A stretch of 62,251 nucleotides of DNA, counting the filler, from Sluysia triapertura (lineage: Eukaryota): NCBI GenBank assembly GCA_046118255.1. It is 4 parts of 4 records of this genome, joined end to end, with 100 filler letters (N's around TTAATTAATTAA, not from the genome) between each part and the next. Parts side by side here need not be neighbours in the genome. Positions count along the whole stretch, not along the records: positions 1 to 15,798 come from JBJNIA010218696.1; positions 15,899 to 37,948 come from JBJNIA010235116.1; 2 more parts are not named here. The stretch is one strand, 5' to 3'. A program made the position numbers and the translations under genes. Below the pieces are notes generated by a model that saw nothing but the letters and a program-made list of their open reading frames with translations, did no database searches and was not told the DNA's origin. This document shows, piece after piece, positions 12,630 to 24,867 of the stretch. Each line of letters begins with the position of its first letter. Position 1 is the stretch's first letter.

Positions 12630-13730
12630 ATGTATATAAATACATTAAAATTGTACAAAAAAATACAAATGAATTTAACTGCAGAAAAAATATTATTGTT
12701 AAATGAAAATAATTCTTATACACTTAATCAATATACGTATTTAGTGAAATGTGCTATTGATGAATTAAATAAAGAAAACTATTTAAATTATTATGGAAAA
12801 TCTTGTGCTTTAATTCGAATTATGATTTATTTATCTGGAATAGTTTTACCAATAATGGCAATTATGTGTCTAATTGTAAATACTGCGTTAATTTATTATT
12901 TTTACAAATACAAACCTAATAGCAAATTAAAAGAAAAAATTTATCTAATAATTATTTGTGTTGCTGATATAATTGGTGTTCAATTATGGACATGGTTTTA
13001 TAAATTTCCGTGTATTGGATTACCTGGAATTACTAACGGAAACTATTATTGGATATGGGCAAGGGAATCGGATATAAAATGTAAAATAACTTCATTCATT
13101 GAAACAACTTCGTATCAATTATCATTTTTCTTTATGTTATTTTGGAATATAGATCGCTGTATTGCTATGATAATTCCAAATTCATGCATAAAATGGTCTT
13201 TAAAACATTCACTTAAAGTTTGTATATTAGCTGTTTGTTTTAGCATCGTGAATTACATTCCATATTGTTACGTATATGTTTGGAAATATTTGACACAACA
13301 AAAAAAATATGAATGTTCAATTTTAAACGAATCAACTGAGCAAGAGGTGAATTTTTTTATTCAATATGGTATTTATTTTCATCCATTTGGTATTTTATAT
13401 ATTTGGCTTATTTTTATGAGTTTGGTATCATTAGGCATGTTTTTAGTAAAATCGGACTACTTCAACATGCCTGATTCTGAATATGTGGTAGAAACGAGTG
13501 AAAATTTGCCAAAATCAGAATTAAAGGCATGTGCCAAATCTTTTCTTTTATCAAGTTTAGCTTTTTTATTTTCACTACTTTATCTATGTATGAAATTTAA
13601 TTCTATGCTAATAATAAATCCAGTACGTTCATATGAATACAATGTATTGACTGAAATTTTTGAATTGATTTACGTTTTCCATTTAACTTTCCATATGATA
13701 CCTATCGCTACTTTGAAATTTTTGTGGTAA
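12630..13730 (+). CDS. Intronless class A (rhodopsin-like) GPCR, divergent orphan/peptide-receptor-like
   Basis: 366-aa ORF with about seven hydrophobic segments, TM1 Asn (LIVN), TM2 Asp (VAD), ECL1 Cys (IKCKI), DRY-like NIDRC and ECL2 Cys (YEC). The true start could be Met14. Confidence 0.85.
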   Translation: MYINTLKLYKKIQMNLTAEKILLLNENNSYTLNQYTYLVKCAIDELNKENYLNYYGKSCALIRIMIYLSGIVLPIMAIMCLIVNTALIYYFYKYKPNSKLKEKIYLIIICVADIIGVQLWTWFYKFPCIGLPGITNGNYYWIWARESDIKCKITSFIETTSYQLSFFFMLFWNIDRCIAMIIPNSCIKWSLKHSLKVCILAVCFSIVNYIPYCYVYVWKYLTQQKKYECSILNESTEQEVNFFIQYGIYFHPFGILYIWLIFMSLVSLGMFLVKSDYFNMPDSEYVVETSENLPKSELKACAKSFLLSSLAFLFSLLYLCMKFNSMLIINPVRSYEYNVLTEIFELIYVFHLTFHMIPIATLKFLW

Positions 13731-14201
13731 ATATTGTTATAATAAAATATGACTAGTTTTTATATTTATTTTAGATAAACCAATTATTTTACATAAACCA
13801 ATTAGAAAACAATTTATAAGTATTGATATAAATTTTGCTCATTAAATAGTAATATTTTCAACAATTATTGTTACATAAATGATTTCCACGGTAATTAATT
13901 TATTTTACCTAATATTTTATCTAATAAGAAACATCAATAAAGTCATTTAATTAATGTATTTAATTAATTAGGATTGTTGGAATCAACTGTCAGGTTTGGA
14001 TCTAAAATTAAATTAATAATAAAAACAATATAAAATTAATAATATTCATTATCAATAGAATTAATAATTAAGACTAATAAAAATAATTGTTGGAATTAAT
14101 AAAATAATAATAGTTAATGAAATTAATTTTAATAATGGAAATGATCATGTTATGAGTATATATGATTAATGGACAAATTACATAGGCATGAAAGTTGGTA
14201 T

Positions 14202-14253
14202 TACTACTACGACTACTACTACTACTACTACGACTACTACTACTACTACTACG

Positions 14254-14311
<58 letters not shown>
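14202..14311. repeat. (TAC)n microsatellite with GAC interruptions
   Basis: Seen directly. Confidence 0.95.
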
Positions 14312-15798
14312 ATTAGAAATTAGTAATTAAATAATTTGAAAAGAAACAATATAATTTGAAAAAGGAACAATATAAATGTTGGGATATAGTACTTTGCATT
14401 CTTCAGTGTTAGATTGGTATTGAAAATACAATTTCTAATCCAACTTTATTCGTCCATTGTGGAATTCCTAATCCTGTTCTATTATACTTTTTATTTTAAC
14501 AAAGCAGCTTATTCGGAAAAATAGAATAAGTTGAATGAATTACATATCAAAGTAAAGACTTAAATGCATAAATTAAAATCAGCGATAAGCCTCCAACTCC
14601 TTTTCAAATTTTTGAAGAAATGAATGAAAAACGAATCTAATAAAGGATTGTTTTGTTAGAGAACGAATACAAAAAGTACTAAATGGTATCCAAGTTAAGT
14701 TTTTAAACTTTATTAAAAAAATGATGAATTAGTAGAATTAAACTTATCCTGTCTAATTTACATAATTAATTTAATTAATTTAATTATATTTATTTAAAAA
14801 CGTTAGGTAAAATTTGAATAAGTAAAATATCAAAATTATTTAAATATATTTATTGATTTCTTTAAATTTTCATAAACTATATCACCAAGGTCATATAATG
14901 TCTTTTATCTAGTAAAATAATGATTCTAAAGTTGACATTCTAGTTATTGAAGAATAAATTCCATTTCAACCTAAAACAAATAAACTTATTTCAAATATTT
15001 CAAAATGTCTTAATGTTTCCAAAAATAAATATGTAAGATCAAAAATGGAAATAAAAATATTAGAAACAAAGACAAAAATTATATTGAAAAATTGAGAAAA
15101 TGTGCTAGATTGATAGAAGAAAATATGGAATGTTCCTGAAAGTATCGAAAGTGTTTAAGAATGGAAATATTAAAGAAACAGTATTATTAAAATATTAAAA
15201 TGGAAATATCATATCATATATAATTGATCAGATGAGTTGAAAGATTTAGATTTAGAGATTTAAAACTATTCGGAAGTCCTCATATTTGTAAAATAAATCG
15301 ATGAAAATGTTTAAATCTTTGAATACAAATCTTCCAAAAACGTGAACATACAAATAGGCAAAAACTTCTTAAACACGATGTATATAATGTGGATCAAATA
15401 AGTATATAAATAAAAATATTTTATAGAAAAAGATAGAAGAAAATATACTTCAAGTTAATCTTTAATCCTAATGGATTTACCTATCAATTAATGGATGTAC
15501 TTCAAAAAATGTGTTAATGTAAAAGTATCCTTAATTTTGTTTATTTTCTTGTCAAAAAATCAACAATTATAAAAATTTTATTATGATAGGGTCCGTCTGT
15601 ATATTGCGGTTTATGTTTGAACGAGGACGCAATTACAGATATGTTACAAAAATTAATTTAAAACTTTAAAACGGTGCAAAGAAAGGAAATGGCGAAGTCA
15701 AAAAACTGATAAAACAAAGATTGAATACATAAAATCTCGTAATATACTATTCCAAGCTATTAAAAAGAAAAAAGTGGATTTTTATAATAAGTCGTTTG

Positions 15799-15898
15799 NN
15801 NNNNNNNNNNNNNNNNNNNNNNNNNNNNNNNNNNNNNNNNNNTTAATTAATTAANNNNNNNNNNNNNNNNNNNNNNNNNNNNNNNNNNNNNNNNNNNN
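15799..15898. other. Assembly gap with artificial TTAATTAATTAA spacer
   Basis: N44-TTAATTAATTAA-N44. The same construct occurs at 37949-38048 and 50419-50518. Confidence 0.95.
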
Positions 15899-15913
15899 TC
15901 GTTTACATCTGCA

Positions 15914-15915
<2 letters not shown>

Positions 15916-15953
<38 letters not shown>
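15916..15953. repeat. (AT)n microsatellite
   Basis: Seen directly. Confidence 0.95.
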
Positions 15954-15955
<2 letters not shown>

Positions 15956-18167
15956 TCTTTTGATATTATTATGAGTAACAAAATGAAAAAGATCGCTGAA
16001 CATTAAGATATTTCCATTAAATTGAATAACTAAAAAGACGTACCAAAGTATCAATCCAAAACATAAATTTTACGTCCCATTAATAATAATTTTGAAAACA
16101 GTGAGAAGATATACAAGTAACTGTTACCAATAGTGTTTGTTCAAATTTATTACGAAGTCATGAAACCCATTTAGAATTATCAGATTTACTTTTAATCTAA
16201 CTTTTGCATTTCATAAGTGGGTTTTTATAATAACATTTTTTCTAAGTTGAACATGTAGTAGTTCAAATAGTTTAAAACTTCACAAAAATGTTACACTTAT
16301 TACAAAATATTAAAATAAACAACATTTTACAAAACATGTATGCAATAGGCCCTTCACACTAACATCAAAACCTCCAAAAAACTTAAAATCAGGTTAAGTT
16401 CATAGCAATAAAATTTCTATAGAACACTCTTAATTCTTTCTAACAATCTGTCACATATTTTTCTCTTTCAATTTCTTTAACTCAAACACATTTCGGCTAA
16501 ACACCCTAAGCAGTAATCACAAAATAGTTATTCTGAAATTTCCAATCACCATTAAAGCGGAATATTACAAACAAATAGTCATTATTCAATAAAAAGCCAA
16601 GAAATTATTGATTCAGTAATTCAAAATGTGTTAGATGATAATGATGATGACAACGACGATGTTAAACATGATCCTGATTCAGATAATGACGATATATTTC
16701 ACAGCGTTACAATAGTGAGAATGAAACTCCTGCTTCTACTTATTCGAAAGATGATAATGAAATGTAGTATCTTGAATCTGAAACTAACGACCTTTTTAGT
16801 GAAGATGATCATTGTAAAGAAACAACTGAACCATAAATTTGTAATGACGATGTATATGTCGAACTAAGTGATTATGACACTAATAAGTTAAGAAATAGGG
16901 TGAGTCCTAGAATACCAGACTGTTTAGCACGAACTTCGTTAACAACTAAACGTTCGAACAATGAAATAATAACTGATGACAAAACATCTTATCACGATCA
17001 CTTTCTGTGAATATTGTTTATAAAGCTGAATTAAACAGTTCTGATGAAATAGATTTCCAAGTCACAATGACACTGTTATAAAAGAATTATCACAGACAAA
17101 CAGTGACTAAAATAACAAGATAATCGTATAACACAAAATTTTGAAAATAATTACATTAAGTATGACAGGTATACGTCGTCTTAAAAATAACGAGGAGAGA
17201 GTATTGTTTAAACTCCATAAGCTAAGGAAATATATATCGAAACGGAGCGATCAATTATGACTTATCATCGTCAGGATAAACATATAAAATATAATGATCA
17301 ATTGATAATAAAATATGAAAAAAATTTTATAATTATCAAAGTGAATTAAAGAACAGTTTTTCGCCATCTATAAACGAAAAGTATAATAAGACAAATTTTA
17401 TATTAAATACTGTCGAAAAATTCTTTTTAAACGAACCATGGTTTACCGACATTTTAAATAAAGAAAAAGAAAATATCAAATCTGTTACTTGCACAACAGC
17501 ACTTAATACTAATGTTAAGACAAAATATTAATAGATTTTTTCTTACAAGAAAAGTCATGATTTCATTGCTAATAAAATTGGGAAAATTGTCTGTAAAATG
17601 TAAAAGATAATGATGTTCTTAAGCAGAAACATACTGATTCAGTGAAGTGTTGCGTGTATAAAATTTTATACCATCTTCAGATGGTTTTGGTACTTTTAGA
17701 TGTATTAATGTTAATTTAAATCTAAAAGTATTCGAAAAAATATCTGGTGGAAAACGTATTAAACTAGAATTATTATTAAACAAAGATTCAAAATAAAAAG
17801 AAAATAAAAGATATTATTCCATATGTACCTGAAATTATTTTGGTATTGATGATACCGTTTATATGAATTGAATTTATAATTGAATATGTACATCATGATG
17901 TACAATGTATTGTTAAATTGTAAAAATCCCAAAATTATAATTTACCGCGACGTAAATTATATAAATAGACTACTAAAATTAGTAGTTTACTACAAATCAA
18001 TTTAGAGAGTTGACAATAAGTTTAGAGACACAACAATAAATTTAGTTACAATAAAACTTTACTTACACACATTTGGCTGGCACAAATAGATTTAGTATAC
18101 GGAATAAATTTATTTGGGACAATTAAATAAAGAATATTTTGATTGTCTGATGTTTATAAAGATATGT

Positions 18168-18368
18168 TGATGCTTAAAGTAAATAAAAAGTCAATATCTA
18201 AAGCTGAACTTGTAAATAAAAACTTATTAATGCTTAAAGTTTCAAACATGCAAACCTTTCTTATCCTGTATCTATGTTAGAATTTGAAAATGAAAATTTT
18301 TAATGCTTAAAGTTTGTACATCTATGTTGGAACATCTAAATAAAAATATATTAAAGCTTAAAGTTTTA
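18168..18368. repeat. Degenerate minisatellite with core aatgcttaaagttt (4 copies, ~50-73 bp apart)
   Basis: Cores at ~18170, 18229, 18302 and 18353. Confidence 0.6.
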
Positions 18369-19061
18369 AATGAAGATATTAGCGAAACGATTTTATTGAC
18401 AAGTATTTGGTCGCAACTGCCACTGGTATAATCCATACTAAATCCGGAGTAAATGGAGTGACATTCGAATCAAACAACGGAGTCAAAAGTTGCTCTTCTA
18501 CATCAAATGACAAAGGTAAAAAACGACGTTTAGGTATCAACTTTCTCCTGTTTTCGTGTATAAACTATCTACGTCTTACTTGTTTTCATTCATCCTCCCT
18601 GTTTCGTTTAATAAAATTTTTGTGATAATAATAAAGTTTCGCAAATTTGAGAATTTTCACAATATAAATTTAATAATTAACCAAATACGTAATGTTTCTG
18701 TGTCAGTATTTACCTAACTCAATGATTAACATTTTAAGTAAATAATTAATAATTCACCATCCAAAGAAATGTTTAATACTTCGCTTAAAAATTTATTAAT
18801 AAAATTTATTGATAAGTCATCACAAATTTAAATTTCTCAAAATCTTCCATAATACATTACTTCTAAGTAAATCTTTCATCACATCAAATATTTTAACACC
18901 AAAGAACAAAATTATAATTATGATAATAATAATTATTATTATTAAATCAAATTCACTATGAATATGCAAAATATAAAAGCAATTGATACCTCAAAATTAT
19001 AATTGTATTATCTAATATTTATCTATTGTTTTATTAATATATTATTTTTTATATAATTTAG

Positions 19062-19592
19062 TCTTTCTTTAGAGGTATACGTTTATCTCGATCCGTAACT
19101 AGATTGGATAGTGAATCATCAACTTCTGTAATTGAACCAGCACCTCCATACAAATCTACTAAACCATCATCACCTGGAAATTCTGCTTCGTCATCATATC
19201 AATATTACTTTTCAGATACCAATTATAGTAGTGGTTATGCTAGTGTCATTACGGATATAAATACTAACAATGCCTATAATTCTGGTTGCACTAACAACAA
19301 TGTCAACAAAAAACGAGACGTAAATCTTATAAAATCATTAACTGTACCTATTCCAATTCGAGATACCGCTGTAAAACAAATGACAACATCGTCTCCATTT
19401 ATTACTAATAATAGAAAAAATAAAATTCCAGTATTGTATCATAAATTGGCACCACATCAAAATACTACTGGAGGTGTCAATAAAATTGGTGCATCTGTAC
19501 GTGCTAAACCACTTATTATTTTGAATTCGAATACCAAAATCACTTTACTGCATCAAAGTTTAGCACCATCATTATATCCTCATTGTTTAAAG
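19062..19592 (+). CDS. Internal coding exon of an unidentified gene (Ser/Thr/Asn/Pro-rich, probably disordered region)
   Basis: Open frame SFFRGIRLSRSVTRLDSESS...YPHCLK, bounded by an AT-rich tract plus ttag acceptor and an AAG|GTTAGA donor. GC is higher than in the flanks. Confidence 0.65.
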
Positions 19593-21576
19593 GTTAGAAA
19601 ATAAAAAATATAAATTATTTACATGTTAAAAAAATAAAATTGTACAGCAATACAAATGATATTTTAGTGATATCCCTAATGTTAGAGCAATATTAATAAT
19701 TCTAATAATAACTTGAAACAATAATAATTTTTATAATCCAAAATATAATAATGTTGTGCATTTATAATTATATTTATAATTTGCTATAATTTGTGCATAT
19801 TTATGTTTTACTATTTTTATAACATTTAATTATTGATTTACTTATCGATCTGGTAGATTCATTATTTTCAACATTTTCATTATTTGGATTTTTAATTAAA
19901 TATTTTTTAATGTAAGTTAATTTTTCTTAATTATTTTTCTTAATATAATATAAAAAATTCAATACATAATATAAAAAATAAATATTTAAAATTTAAAGAT
20001 AAAATAAAAAGATTTTATTCTTTGTCTAAAGTCGTTCAAGGACGACTAAAATTAGTATAAATTAAGTTAAGATTAAAAAACAATTTCAAAATTTTATTGT
20101 TTAAAGGTTTTTCATAATTTTTGTCGTTAAAATTTTGGTTATTTATGATCCGGTTATCTAAAAATCCCTGTTGTTCAAGAAGTTATAATCCTTGACAGAC
20201 ATTTATATTTTTTCGTTAGTTTGTTTTCTAATAAGTTTGGTACTTTTAAGGTACATTTTGCAAAATCGACTTAACTTCATTACATAAATTTTTGAAACCA
20301 TTTAATGGTTCATTCGTAAAATTATTTATTAAAATATTCATTATATTATTATTAACTTTTAAGTTAATATCGAAAAATATATTTTTACGTGACTATTATA
20401 AACTTACGTGCCTATATTATTAATTTTGCTTTTTGTTTATTAATTTGATACTGATGATGAAAGATTCAATTACCGAATCTACGTAAATTATGTAGTTTTA
20501 AAATCATAAATTACCTCGTATATAATTTCATTCGGATCCATAAAATCTAAAGTAGATATAAATCCTTTTAATAGGATTTATCGTAAACTTATAATTAATG
20601 TTTGTAAGGAGTTTTGTATCCAATTATATTTTGTACTAAAACAAATTAATCCGAGCAACTAAGTCATAACAAACAAATAAAATTTTGACCTTCATATAAA
20701 GCTTTTCATTAAAACCCAACGCTAACTGTAAGTGGTAAGTCTAGTGTGTTGGTGAACTCACTGTAAGAAATCATTTGCTTTATTCTGTTCTTATTTTAAG
20801 AAAAACCCCAGCAATAATAAACATAGTATTATAACAGTAGTAATTATTAGTTCTAGGTTTTCAGCCTATTAAATTCCTTAAAAATTGTGACATGATGTAC
20901 ATGCCGATATTTACAAATAATAACTGATATTCGGCTATAATTTTCATAATTGGTTTCAATATAATTTTTTTATAAATTTCAATTTGGTTTAAAACAATGT
21001 TTCAACTGAATTTGTTCAAATTTTGTTTATAAAGTTTTCCATGAATTGGTTTTTAATTTTTATGCCATTAGATTTTGAAAACGAATTTTTATAGAATTCA
21101 ACCTTTTCAGAGTTTACGAATAGAATTTTTCGGTTTAACAGTTCATTATAAAAATGACATCACATAAAACTAAACCTCCACCAGGTATGTCAATACCAAT
21201 ACTACGAAGGCCATTACCTGAAAATCAAAAACCAGAAAACCATTAACAAAAGAACGAGATAGACGAAATTTAAGAAAATGTGAAAATGTAGATTGGAAAA
21301 AGCTGGACTTGTATTTCGCAAATACAAAGACGCATATAATTTAAATAAAAAATAAAAACCTATTTTTTATTTTAATTATTTTTGAGATTATGCACTAAAC
21401 TATGAAAAATGACCGTATTTGCGATTTCAACATCCTCTTATTATTTAGTGATATTGATTTCGAAAACATATCACATATTGATAATAATCAAACACGTTTT
21501 TGATACTGTTTGGGTAAAAAGGCCTAAAGTGCCATTTGGCAAAATCGACTTAATAATAAAATAAAATTATTAGACG

Positions 21577-21648
21577 GAGCTGATAGCTCAGTGGTAGAAC
21601 AATCGAACTGCGCAGCGATGGTCCCGGGTTCGATCCACGGTGAGTCCA
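21577..21648 (+). ncRNA. tRNA-Ala-like Pol III unit in LTR1 (not a canonical tRNA)
   Basis: A box TAGCTCAGTGG, B box GGTTCGATCC, partial acceptor stem, followed by TTTT. The anticodon arm is abnormal. Confidence 0.7.
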
Positions 21649-21822
21649 TTTTACGAAGTCTAACATTTGGTGAGCCAACATATCGAATACCCTGATGTTG
21701 AAATTAATGATTTCTAAGATGTTTGAGGTCAAACATAATTGAATTGGGTGAGATATGTTGGGGTAAAAGGCCTAAAGTGCTATTTGGTAAAATTAACAAT
21801 AATAAAATAAAACTGTTAAATG

Positions 21823-21894
21823 GGGCTTATAGCTCAGTGGTAGAGTAATCGAACTGCGCAGCGATGGTCCCGGGTTCGATCCCCGGTCAGTCCA
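21823..21894 (+). ncRNA. tRNA-Ala-like Pol III unit in LTR2 (not a canonical tRNA)
   Basis: GGGCTTATAGCTCAGTGGTAGAG...GGTCCCGGGTTCGATCCCCGGTCAGTCCA then TTTT. G3:U70 pair, and TGC in an enlarged anticodon loop. Confidence 0.7.
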
Positions 21895-22568
21895 TTTTAC
21901 GAAGTCTAACAGTACATATTTCGATAAAAGCATCATTTTATCTTTAGTTTCATCTTGTTGACAGTTCGAAACATTCATCTGAGCTTGAGTCGTCATATGA
22001 TACTGTCTTAACATAGTACACTTATTATAATTTATCGTTTGAGTATCTTTGTCTTTAAGATTACATGATCGATAGCTATCTGAGCAAACCCGATTTAATG
22101 GGTCATTTATCGAGTAACGATTTTTATCGTAATCATCAAAACATTAAAAATTTGTTGAATGAGTTTCGTAGACAATTTTGTCTTTTAAGAGTTCCAAATT
22201 ACAAGGAATACCACAAGTTTTAATAACATATTCTTTGACTTTTTTTATAATCCTATGCTTTATTAAATGCCACTAACGTTTTACCAATATTAACATTACA
22301 CTCTATGTCACAATTATTAAGTTGAATTGATTCTGATACTTTTATTCCAATGGGATCATCATCAGAACTTTTTAATGTTACATTTAAAAATCCATCAGGT
22401 TAAATATTTGCTATAAAGTTCTTTAAATTTTTTTATCAATATCACGGAAATATGGAAGAGACACTAAAATAAATACAGAATTATATAACATTGATTTTTT
22501 TTCATTAATTTTTTAATTTTGAATTTAAATTTCAGGAAATAAATAATAATAATAAAATGTAAAACAAA

Positions 22569-22692
22569 TGTTAGACTTCCTAAAATGGACTGACCGAGGA
22601 TCGAACCCGGGACCATCGTCTGCGCAGTCCGACTGCTCTACCAATATATTCAATTATACTACTTGGCACTTTTTAGGCCTTTTACCCCAACA
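22569..22692 (-). mobile_element. Solo LTR of the tRNA-containing TRIM, internally deleted
   Basis: Reverse complement reads TGTTGGGGTAAAAGGCC...GGTTCGATCC...GAAGTCTAACA. Perfect 4-bp TSD CAAA (22565-22568 and 22693-22696). Confidence 0.85.
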
Positions 22693-23389
22693 CAAATGTA
22701 CACAATGATGAAAATATCTTTATAAATTTATCGATTGTTATGTATACTACCATAATAAAAATTAATTTACGTCAGATGAAACAATATGTAAATATAAAAA
22801 ATAATATAAATATGTTAGTTAAATCCCAAATCTCTAAATAATCGTTTTCAAATTCCACGCATAAGAATTGTGTATCAACAATAAAATGAATAGACTGGAT
22901 TTGTCTGGAACCGTCAAATTTAGTTATAATTTCAGAATTCATAGCAAAGCAATTATCTAGAACAATTATTGTATCAAAAGCTTCTGGAAAAAGCTACTGT
23001 TTTTGTACTGTTCTTATTCGCAATTAAATAATCTTTAATAATTTGCGACTTCTGCAAGTTTATTCATTTACAAGACACGTCAATTTTGAGATTAAAATCA
23101 TAGACATTTATTTCACCATCGCTGGTCAAATAGTAACAAAAATAATTCTCGACAGGGTTAATTTTATTATTATTACTATTTCGAACATCTAAATCGTATC
23201 TCTCGATTAGCGTCTTAGATTTCACGAATATATATGATGTTAATTCTCTATTCCAGCTTTTTTTCTCTCTAAAGTAATTGTGTTTTAGGAAAATTTGAAT
23301 CAGTAATTTGAGTAAAATAAACCATCATTGTCCAAAATAATATTAGTATTATCAACCATAAAAATTTTAAAAACATTAAAAAAAATAAA

Positions 23390-23742
23390 CTTAGATATAA
23401 ATAGAAAGATAGGTTGATAATAAGGATAAAAGAAATAATAATAATAACAATTATGTGGTTATTATGTTTATTATTACAGAATTGTTGATGTTGAAATTTA
23501 TTATGAAATTTATTATAAAAGTTATTATTATATGATCATATTATGACAATAATGACTCTAATTGTTATATATATTTTAATACGATCTGAATTGTAATAAT
23601 AATAGCGATAGTTCATGATAATTAGATGTGATGGTCATGCTTGTTTTTGAATGAGTTTAGTAGTTTGTTTAATAGTCTGTGTACATGTGAAGTGTTTTTA
23701 TGTGATGAATTGTGATGGATTTTATGTGATAAATTCCCTACA
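23390..23742 (-). repeat. Second cassette-like 5' module starting TGTAGGGAA; copy of 29770-30111
   Basis: Clear alignment with 29770-30111. A decayed ORF (MVDNTNIILDNDGYF...) follows on the minus strand. Confidence 0.65.
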
Positions 23743-24049
23743 TAAGTTAAAACAATCTTAAAATAATTTTAATTCGGCAAAATTTACAAATTAATTTTTT
23801 ATAAATGCGGAAATACTACTAGTTATTTTTGTAGTAGTATTTAATCTAAATACTTGAATTTATCTTTAATTAGCAAGTTAAATAAATATAGAAAGTTGTA
23901 GTAATTTTAAATAAAACATTAAGATAGCTAAAATTGATAACATTTAAAGTTTAAACAACTGGCAGTAGATATTTATGGTCTAGCGCAAACTTATGGTTTT
24001 AAGTGACTTGGTACTTTTGATAGTCATCTTAAATTTGGATTTGGTGTTA

Positions 24050-24720
24050 GTAATTGGAAATGATTTTTGATTAGGATGGGCATATTCGCCTTGGGTTTAG
24101 ACTTTTGTGATTGGTTTATTTTATTTTTTGGGTGTATCTTACAATGTCAAGGTTTATATACAATTCAAATAACAATAAATTAATATTAATATATATCACC
24201 TGCAACCATGAAATAAGTGGCATAGAATTTGATGAACATTAAAATACAAAATATTAATAAAACAAAACCATAATAATTACCAATCGGATCCATCTATTAA
24301 GTGTCAGATTTGTAAACAAGCTCTACCTTTATATATTATTCCGAAATTTTAAAATAAATACGACTATATTTATTTATATTTAAAATAAATACCGTCTTTC
24401 AGACTTCACAAAATTAGTTTCGTTATTCATTCTGATGAATGGTTATGTTAAATAACGTTGGATGTAATAAGTTTATTTGGATAATGTTAGTACTGTCTTC
24501 TGACTTAGGTCCAAATGCAGTTGCTTGTATCGTAAATGCGAATAACGTTCTATCTCAAAAAATAAAAGTAAATGAATTTGGTATATTTACATTATATTTT
24601 CAACATCTCGAAATGAATTGAATTGCCTAATTGGATGTGTATTTTCGTATTTCTGATAATATCGATGACAATGATTTTGGTACAGTAAGAATGCATCATT
24701 TGTTAAATCAATTTGTACTT
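24050..24720 (-). pseudogene. Decayed membrane-protein gene, possibly cadherin-like, probably continuing at ~26.7-28.6 kb beyond the hAT insertion
   Basis: Minus-strand fragments DRTLFAFTIQATAFGPKS and a TM-like GFVLLIFCILMFIKFYATYF. Many stops. Confidence 0.3.
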
Positions 24721-24867
24721 GATTCGTTGTAAGCGGAATATTATTAAATAGAAAAGTAATTTATATTTGTACCAAATTTCTAAATGTTTAGAGGAATATA
24801 AAAATTTTCTAGAGTACAAACAAAGGAATTGTTTAGTCATTATTATTACAAAGGTCACGTTTTAGAT

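Larger units (their letters stand above)
21507..21911 (+). mobile_element. Complete TRIM (non-autonomous mini LTR retrotransposon) with tRNA-like sequence in both LTRs (Helenus-like)
   Basis: LTR1 21507-21665 and LTR2 21756-21911 (TGTT...AACA). PBS TGGTGAGCCAAC at 21668. Degenerate PPT gaattgggtgagata before LTR2. Flanks ATAC and GTAC. Confidence 0.85.

Noticed and set aside
15843-15854. TTAATTAATTAA island inside N runs (also 37993-38004 and 50463-50474)
   Set aside because: Identical N44-12mer-N44 constructs are an artificial six-frame-stop scaffold spacer.
21577-21894. Two functional tRNA genes
   Set aside because: Anticodon arms are non-canonical, stems have mismatches, and both lie inside LTRs.
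21550-22014. Minus-strand ORFs sharing LDFVKWTxRGSNPGPSLRSS
   Set aside because: Antisense translations of the tRNA-like LTR sequence.
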